Under the pieces are notes generated by a model. The model saw nothing but the letters and a program-made list of their open reading frames with translations, was not told the origin of the DNA and ran no database searches. From positions 1 to 37,123 of the forward strand of contig BTVJ01000070.1 in assembly GCA_045863395.1 (NCBI GenBank): a DNA stretch of 37,123 bases. The letters run 5' to 3'. This document shows, in pieces, positions 20,301 through 29,300 of the stretch. The stretch is from Myxococcales bacterium (GTDB lineage: Bacteria > Myxococcota_A > UBA9042 > JABWCM01 > BTVJ01). The position numbers and the translations under genes are program-made. Numbering within the stretch: the first letter of the stretch is position 1; every line of letters begins with the position of its first letter.

Positions 20301-23300
20301 TCACGGTCTCGTTGACGCACTCGACGGTCGCGCCGTTGGCCGTGCAGGTGAACGTGCCGTTCTTGCACTGGTCCGAGTCCGAGCCGTCGCACGCCTGGCC
20401 CTTGGTCGGGAAGTCCTCGTCCGTCGAGCCGTCGCAGTCGTCGTCGACGCCGTTGCACTTGTCGACGATATTGGTCACCGACTCGTTGACGCACTCCACT
20501 ATGATCTGGGAGGTGGCGCAGGTGAACGTCCCGTTCTTGCAGAGGTCGGCGTCCGAGCCGTCGCAGCTCTGCCCCTTCGTGGCGAACAGCTCGTCCGTCT
20601 GCCCGTTGCAGTCATTGTCCACGCCGTCGCAGTACTCGTAGTTCTTGCTCGCAGGCAGACCACTGCTGAAGATCTGCGCGATGCGGGCACCGGTGAGCGC
20701 GTGGTCGAAGATTGCGACCTCGTCGAGCCGTCCGTTGAAGAAGGAGCCCGCCACGCGACGGCCCACCTGCACGACGTTGTTGTTCGTGACGATGGTGCCA
20801 TTGCCCGTATTGGCCTGCGTGGTCTTCAGCACGCCGCCCACGTAGGTGCGAATCTGATTGTCGGGACCGTGGGTGCATGCCACGTGGGTCCACGTGTTCG
20901 CCGGCACCGCGGCTGTGCCCGACCAGAACCAGGAGCCACCGCTCGTCGCCACGGCGCACTGGAACGTGCCGTTGTTCACCCCGGCCTCGTAGGTGCTCTC
21001 CTTGTTGACGATGATATTGGAGCCCGTCACGCCGCTCCAGTAGACCCAGGCCATCATGGTGATGCCGGGGCCGGTCACCTTGTTCGACGTCCCGTTGGCG
21101 ATCTCCAGCCACTGGGCGCCTGCAAACTGTGCAGCACCACCCGATTGGCCCGCCGCCCAGGTGGCGCCGTTGAAGGCCGCGTGGTTCCCGTAGGAGGACG
21201 AGTCGAAGGCCGTTGCGCCCGTTCCCTCGTCCAGCTTCAGGTAGACCACGGGCTCGCCGGCGCACATGGCGCCGCTGGCGTCCGGCTTGCACACGATGAC
21301 GCCCTCGGAGCAGGAGTCCGGGTCGGCGCTGTCGCAGGAGGCCCCCAGGTTGAAGCCCTCGTCGGTCTGGGCGTCGCAGTCGTCATCCAGGCCGTTGCAG
21401 ATCTCGACGATGTTTGCCGGAGACTCAGGCCCACACGTCACGCCCGTCTGTGCACCATTACAGACCAACACGCCGTTCTTGCACTGGTCCGAGTCAGGCC
21501 CGTCGCAGGACTGACCCAGCGTCGCGAAGTCTTCGTCCGTGGACCCATCGCAGTCATCGTCGATGCCGTTGCACTTCTCCGTGATGTTCGTGACGCTCTC
21601 GTTGACGCACTCGACTCCGGCACCGTTGGTCGTACAGGTGTACGTACCGTTCTTGCACTGGTCCGAGTCTGAGCCATCGCACGTCTGGCCCTTGAGCGGA
21701 AAGTCCTCGTCAGTCTGACCATCGCAGTCGTCGTCGATGTTGTTGCACTTTTCGGTGATGTTCGCTGGCGACTCCGTACCGCACGTGACCGTGGTCGTGG
21801 TCGCGCAGACCACCAAGCCGTTCTTGCACTGGTCGGAGTCGGGGCCGTCGCAGGTCTGACCCAACGTCGGCCACAGCTCGTCCGTCAGGCCGTCGCAATC
21901 GTCGTCCGCCCCGTTGCACAGCTCGACGATGTTGGTCGGAGATTCCGCGCCGCACACGGTGGTCAGCAGGTTGGTCGTGCAGCCGAGCTGCCCGTTGAGA
22001 CACAGGTCCGAGTCAGGCCCGTCGCAGGGCCCGAAGACGTGACCGTCGTCCGCGCCGTTCTTGCAGTCGTTGTCGAGGCCGTCGCAGTATTCGAAGTTGA
22101 TCTGCTCTGGTGGCACGCGGCCCTTGCTGTACAGCGCCGCCACCTGGTCCCGGGTCAGCTCCTGCGTGAAGACGCTGACCTCGTCGATCTGGCCCTTGAA
22201 GAGCCCCTGGGCAGTACCGTTCCAGTAGTAGGCGCCCAAGTGCAGATACCCAAACGCGCTGTTGGACGTGATGGTATTCACGGTGCCGCTCGGGACGCCG
22301 TTGACGTAGATCCGGTCCACGCCGCCCACCTTGAACGTGACGACCACGTGCGTCCAGGCGTTGTCCGGCGCCACCACCGATGAGACGATGTCCGAGTTGT
22401 CGCCGTCCCAGAGCGCGAACCGGATGAGGCGGTCGGCGCTGCGCCACATGCGCCACCGCCAGCAGCAGCCGTTGCCGTCATTGTGGCCGCTCGACGAGAT
22501 GATGTGCTGGTCGCCTGTGGAGGCGGTGGGGCGGATCCAGACGGAGATGGACTGCTGGCTGAACCCCGCGAACTTGGCCCAGCCCGGGTGCCAGGCATAG
22601 TCGTCCACTCCGTCGAAGGACAGAGCCGTGCCCTGCTTGCCGGCAGCCCATGCCGTGCCGTTCATCAGGCTCAGGTCGAACCCGCCGCCACCGCTGTCCT
22701 TGGCGAGCGCCCCACCGTTCTCGGGGAACGTCCACGCTCCGAGCGGCCCGTCGGGGCAGACGACGCTCAGCTCGTCGACGGTGCAGGCCCGGACCATGTC
22801 GCTGCACAGGTCCGCGTCGGCGGTCGTGTCGCAGGCCACACCGATGTTTGAGTAGCCCTCGTCGGTCAGACCGTCGCAGTCGTCATCGATGCCATTGCAG
22901 CGCTCGGAGTTGGCGAGCTGACCCGGGACGAGGCCCGTGAACAGGGTCACCGCGTCGGCAGCGCTCAGCTCCCTGTTGTAGATGGCCACCTCGTCGATCT
23001 GCCCACCAAAGGAGCCGCTCCCCGTCGGGCACGCCACGGTGTTGCTCCAGTTGCCGATACGGACGGGGTTGGTCGACGTGGTCAGGACTCCCGTCGGCAC
23101 GGTGCTCTCCAGCAAAAGGACGCCGTTCCTGTATGTGCGCAGCTTGCCGGTCGCGCCGCTGTAGGTGAACACCATGTGCGACCAGACGGACTCGGGCACG
23201 CTGTTCGTGCCGCTGAACAGGCGCTGCGTACCGCCGGACTGGAGGTTGACCGTCCACGTGACCGACTGGTTCTCCTCGTAGATGAGGTTGAACGTGGTCG

Positions 23301-26300
23301 CCGTCGCCCCCTGACCAAGCAGCCACCGCCAGTTGTTGACGCCTGCCGTGGTGTTGCAGTCGGTCCCCGCGTTTGGCTTGATCCACATGGACACCGAGAC
23401 CGAGTCGATGGGCGCCAGCGACGCCGCATAGGGGATCTGGATGTAGTCGTCCACGCCGTCGAGCGTCGCCGCCTTGCCGTAGACCCCCTCGCCCCACGCC
23501 GACCCGTTCACGCGCGTGCCGTTGTTGGCGTTGCCAGCCCAGTCGGCCGCCGTGGTCCCCGTGCCCTCGTCCAGCTTCAGATAGACCGACGCGCCGTCGT
23601 CGGCGCAGACCACGCTCGTGCCGCTGCACACCTTGATCCCGTCCGTGCACGCGTCCGCGTCGGGTCCGTCGCAGGCCTGACCGATCTGCGGGTCAGCCGG
23701 GCCGCCGCAGGTGCCCGCCGTACACGTGTCCGGCGACGTGCAGGCGCTCCCGTCGTTGCAGGCGGTGCCATTCGGTTTGTCGGACCACGCGGTCTTGCTC
23801 GTGGCGCTCCAGCAGCGCTGGCACTGGTTGGCGCCGTTGGTCGCGTTGTCGTTGTAGCAGCTCGTTCCGATGAGGCAGGTGCCGTTGTTGACCGTGTGGC
23901 TGCATGAGTAGGACGACGCTCCGGTGGAGACGCACGCGTCCGTGGTGCAGGTGTAGGCGTCCGCGCAGTTCGGGGCAGCGCCCGCCGTGCAGGACCCGGT
24001 CTGGCAGGTGTCGTTGACCGTGCAGCCGCTGCCATCCGCGTCACAGGAGGTCCCGTTGGCCTTCAAAGCATCCGCCGGGCACGAGACGCCACTTCCGGAA
24101 CAGTTCTCCGCCACGTCGCACTGGGTCGCGGCTGGACGACACACCGTCGAGGTCGGGGCATAGGCGTCCACCGGGCAGGTGTTCGCCGATCCGTTGCAGG
24201 TCTCCACCAAGTCGCAGACCCCAGCGGAGGCTCGGCACACGGTCCCGGAAGGACGTACGACGTCTGTCGGGCACAATGCCGCGCTTCCCGTACACTTCTC
24301 TTCCACGTCGCAGCCCCCGGCCACAGCCGGCCTGCAGACCGTGGTGTTCGCGACGAAGACGTCGGTCGGGCACGTGACTGCCGTCCCGTTGCAGGTCTCC
24401 GCCACGTCGCAGACCCCGGCTGATGCGCGGCACACGCTCCCACTCGCCACCTTCGCGTCAGCCGGGCAGGCCGCCGTGCTGCCGGTGCACTTCTCCTCGA
24501 TGTCGCAGACTCCCCCCGAAGGGCGACACACCGTGCTGTTTGCCAGGAACGCGTCCGCGGGGCACGTGACCGCCGTCCCGTTGCACGTCTCTGCCACATC
24601 GCAGACTCCAGCAGATGCTCGGCACACGCTCCCGCTTGCCACCTTCGCGTCCACCGGGCAGGCCGCCGCCGACCCGGTGCACTTCTCTTCGATGTCACAC
24701 ACGCCGCCCGACGGGCGGCACACGGTCGTGTTTGCCAGGAAGGCGTCCGCGGGGCACGTGACCGCCGTGCCGTTGCACGTCTCCGCCACGTCGCAGACAC
24801 CGGCCGACGCGCGACACACGCTCCCGTTCGCCACCTTCGCGTCAGCGGGGCAGGCTGCCGTCGTGCCCGTACACTTCTCCTCTATGTCGCAGACTCCGCC
24901 AGATGGACGACACACCGTCGTGTTCGCCACGAACGCGTCGGCCGGACACGTCACCGCGGTCCCGTTGCAGGTCTCCGCCACGTCGCAGACCCCGGCTGAT
25001 GCCCGGCACACGCTCCCATTCGCCACCTTCGCGTCCGCGGGACAGGCCGCCGTCGTGCCGCTGCACTTCTCTTCGATGTCACACACACCGCCGGACGGGC
25101 GGCACGTGACCGTGTTGGCCACGAATGCGTCGGTCGGGCAGGTGTTCGCCGTCCCGTTGCAGGTCTCTGCGACGTCGCAGACGCCCGCCGAGGCGCGGCA
25201 CACCGTCCCGTTCGCGGACTTGGCATCCACCGGACACGCAGCGGCGCTCCCCGTACACTTCTCCTCAGGGTCGCAGACCCCGCCGGACGGGCGACAGACC
25301 AGGGTGTTGGCCTGGAAGGCGTCCGTCGGGCAGGTGTTCGCGGTGCCGTTGCAGGTCTCCGCCACGTCGCACGGTCCCGCGGACGGCCTGCAGACCGTCC
25401 CGCTGGCCGACTTCAGGTCAGCGGGGCACGCGGCAGCGCTCCCCGTACACTTCTCCTCCGGGTCGCAGACTCCTCCAGAGTTGCGGCACACCGTCGCGCT
25501 CGACGCGAACGCGTTCGTCGGGCAAGTGTTCGCCACCCCGTTGCAGGTCTCCGCAACGTCACAGGCACCCGCCGATGCCCTGCACACCGTACCGTTCGCC
25601 TGTACGACGTCCGCCGGGCACGCCGCGCTGGTGCCGGTGCATTTCTCCTCCACGTCGCAGCCTCCGGCCACCGCCGCGCGGCACACGACCGTGTTGGCCA
25701 GGAAGGTGTCCGCGGGGCACGCCACTGCCGTCCCATTGCAGGTCTCGGCCACGTCGCATGCGCCGGCGGAGGCCCGGCACACGGTCCCCGCCGCCGACTT
25801 GGCGTCCGCCGGGCACTGCGCCGTCGTCCCATTGCAGGTCTCGGCCGGATCGCACCCACCGGCGGAGGCCCGGCAGACGGTCCCCGCCGCCTTGGCGACA
25901 CCCGTACACACGCCGCCCTGGCACGAATCGTTGGTGCAGGCGTTGCCATCGTCGCAGGCCGTTCCGTTGGGCTTGAACGTGACGCTGCACGTCGTGCCGA
26001 TGCCGTTGGCGTTGCAGACCTTGACGCCGGTGTTGGCGCAGGCTCCCGTGCCCACGGTGCATGCGACCCCCTTGTCCCACCCCTCGTCGGTGACCCCGTC
26101 GCAGTCGTTGTCGACGTTGTCGCAGGCCTCGAAGTCCTTGAACTTGGCGTCCACGCTGCTGTTCATCACGGACTGGATCTCGGCCTGTGTCAGCGCATAG
26201 CCGTAGACGGCAGCATCGTCCATCTGCCCGAGCCAGTACGCGTCGTGCCCCTGGCCAAAGCGCGACACGGCGTTCGGGGCCGCGATTGCCCAGTTCACGC

Positions 26301-29300
26301 CCGACCGGGACGCCACCAGGCTCCCATTCATATAGACGCGCATGAAGTCGCCGGCCTGGTCCCACGTGGCGGCGAGGTGCACCCACGTGCCCGATACGAG
26401 ATACGCGCCCGGCGCGAAGGTCAGGTCGTTGCCGCAGCACCCCGCGTTCGGCACGATGCGGAAGTAGAAGATGTTGCTCGTCCACTTGAACAGCGAGATC
26501 CACCCCGGGTTGTTGACTCCGTTCTGCGTCTGGAACACGCCATAGGCCGTCCCGTTGGTCCCGGCGAATCCCGGGCGGAGCCACACAGACACGGTCCCAG
26601 ACGTAGGCTTGATGCCCGTACTCGGGAACTGCGTATAGCCGACCCCACCGTCGAAGGTCAGGGCCTGCCCGCCGAACTTCGCCGTGGTCGTCCGCGCGAC
26701 GCTCCCCGTAAGCGTGCCATTGTTGCCGTTACCTGCGAAGTCGTAAGCGATGGTCCCGTTACCCTCGTCGAAGGGGAAGTACGTGATCGGGCCCTGGTTT
26801 GCACAACTGCCCGTACCTCCAGAGCACATCACCACGCCGTCGTCGGTACACAGGTCCACGTCCTCCGTCGAGTCGCAGAGGGTCGTCCCTTGGACCGCGC
26901 AGGCCCCCCCGTAGAGGCACTGGCCCGCGATGAACGGGTTGGAGCAGGAGTAGGTGTTGGTGCCCGTCGAGGTGCACACGTTGTTGGTGCAGCTATAGGC
27001 GTCGGCGCATGCCTGCGCCGCGCCCGCGGTGCAGGTCCCCGACTGGCAGGAGTCGTTGGTCGTGCAGCCGTTGTTGTCGGCGTTGCAGAGCGTCCCATTG
27101 GTCTTGTTGGTCCACGCCGTCTTGCTCGTAGCGGACACGCACGCCTGGCACTGATTCGATGGGTTGACCGCGCCCTCAGCGTAGCACACTCCCGAGATGG
27201 CGCACCCGGTCGTGACCGTGAAGGTGCACGTGCCGTTGCCGTTGCACGTGTCCGCGGTGCAGGTGAGTCCGTCGTTGCACGTGTACGGCGTACCCACACA
27301 CGAGGAGCTCGGCCCCCCCGTACACCGGTCCGGGTAGGTGCAGAGGCCGCCATCGTCGCACGCCGTCCCGCTCACCTTCCCATCCGTGACACTGCACACC
27401 GTCGTGAACCCTGGCGCCAGGCAGACCTTGGTGCCAGCGACCGCACACTGGCCGACGCCCGCAGAGCAGGCAGTCCCCTTGTCGAATCCCTCGTCGATGC
27501 CGCCGGTGCAGTTGTTGTCCACCCCGTCGCAGATCTCCAGGTCCTTGTACTTGGCCTCGACGCTGCTGTTCATCAGGGTCTGGATCTCGGCCTGGGTGAG
27601 GGCATAGGAGTAGATCCCTACGTCGTCGATGCGGCCCCTCATCCAGGCGTCGTGGCCCACGCCGACCCGGGACAAGGCGGCGGTGACGGGGATGTTCCAG
27701 TTGATCCCCGAAGTCTTCGAGGCGACGAGCGTCCCGTTGGCGTAGACGCGAATGGCATTGGAGGTCTGATCCCACGTCGCCGCGAGATGGACCCAGGTCC
27801 CGCTGACCAGATAGCCCGACGGCGCGAAGGTCACGTCGTTGACGCAGCAGTCTCCCGTCGCCGAGATCCGGAAGTAGAAGATGTTGCCCGTCCACTTGAA
27901 CATGCTGATCCAGCCAGCGTTGTTGACCCCGCTGTTGGTCTGGAACATGCCATACGCCGTCGCGTCCCCGCCGTTGAAGTCGGGTCGGACCCACATGGCG
28001 AGAGACCCCCGGCGCGTGTCGATCCCGCCGCTCGAAAACTCCACGTAATCCGACGCACCGTCGAAGTAGAGCGCCTGCCCTCCGTACTTGGCCGTCGTCG
28101 TCCACGCCGTATTTCCGACCAGGGTCCCGTTCTTTCCGTTCCCCGAGAAGTCGCGGGTCAGCGTCCCATTCCCCTCGTCGAACGGGAAGTAGGTCGTCGG
28201 CCCTCGGTCCTCGCACTTCGTCGACCCATTGGCCAGATTGCACACGATGACGCCGTCGTCCGAACACAGGTCGGGGTCGGGCCCGTCGCACGCCGCCCCC
28301 AGGTTGAACCCTTCGTCCGTCAATCCATCGCAGTCGTTGTCGACGAGATCGCAGATCTCGGGTACGTTCGCCGGGCTCTCGTTGACGCACTCCACCCCCG
28401 TCCCGTCCGCCTTGCACGTGAAGGTCCCGTAGGCGCACAGATCCGCGTCCGACCCGTCACAAGCCTGACCCTTTGTCGGAAAGTCCTCGTCGGTGAACCC
28501 GTCGCAGTCGTTGTCCTTGCCGTCGCAGATCTCCCACTTCGACGCGGTGACCCGGACGCGCTCCAGCGTGTACGGGTCCCCCGACCGGGGATTGTAGACG
28601 TACCCGTCCGGCATGTAGGTCATCGAGAGTGAGTTGGTCGTGGACCCGTTGGAGGCGTGGCCGTAGAACGCCCCGAAGGTCGTCCCACCGGACCCCGTGC
28701 CCACGCGCCGCAGGATATCGTCACCGGGATACGTCGCCCAGCGCTTCACGTAAAGGTAGGTGCCGTCCGACGCCACGACGCCCGCTCCCGCAATGGACCC
28801 ATTGGTCGCGGACGCCTCCCAGTTCGAGGTGGTCGCCGATGGTGCCGTCGGTGCCCACGTGGCCCCATGAGCCCACCGCGCCACGTTGGACGCATAGAGC
28901 GAACCCATGAAGACCTTGTCGAGCACCCAGTCCCACTGCCCATTGATCATGGAGACTGGGCTCCCCTGGGGGACCTGGCCCACATTGGCCACCAGGGTTC
29001 CGTTCGACACTACGATTCGATCGATGCGACCGATGCCTCCCGTCCACTCGATTGGGTAGAGGTACCCTGTGCCGGTGTGGCGTCCACCCGAGTAGGGTGC
29101 GTCCACGACGGCCCCGTCGGCATAGAACGACACCGTCCCACTGTCGCGTTGGGCCACCTGCGCGAAGCCGTTGCGCGGGTCGAACTGGCGATACCGGTAG
29201 CCGTTGTAGGCCGCCCCCCTGCCATACGCCAGGTTGTAGAGATAGCGACCGTCGGAGGTGATCAACTGGTGGCCGCCAACCACATTGCCCGTCGACCTCT

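Larger units (their letters stand above)
15658..28200 (-). repeat. Eight dispersed LamG-like (Laminin_G_3/pentraxin) domains
   Basis: Most start [YW].[FL][DE]EG.G....D.SG and end G.[IL]D[ED]V.[IV]Y...L[ST]..EI. Approx. 27565-28200, 26158-26790, 22933-23589, 22125-22746, 20660-21252, 17983-18633, 17150-17800, 15658-16272. Confidence 0.88.
11434..28533 (-). repeat. ~35 dispersed MopE-type (putative metal-binding) acidic repeats E.C[DN]G.D[DN]DCDG.TDE
   Basis: Counted by eye in the translation; most sit in ~50-60-aa 6-Cys units. Confidence 0.85.

Noticed and set aside
24055..25884. Periodic DNA repeats as a CRISPR array or DGR template/variable pair
   Set aside because: In-frame coding repeats with synonymous variation; no unique spacers, cas genes or reverse transcriptase.
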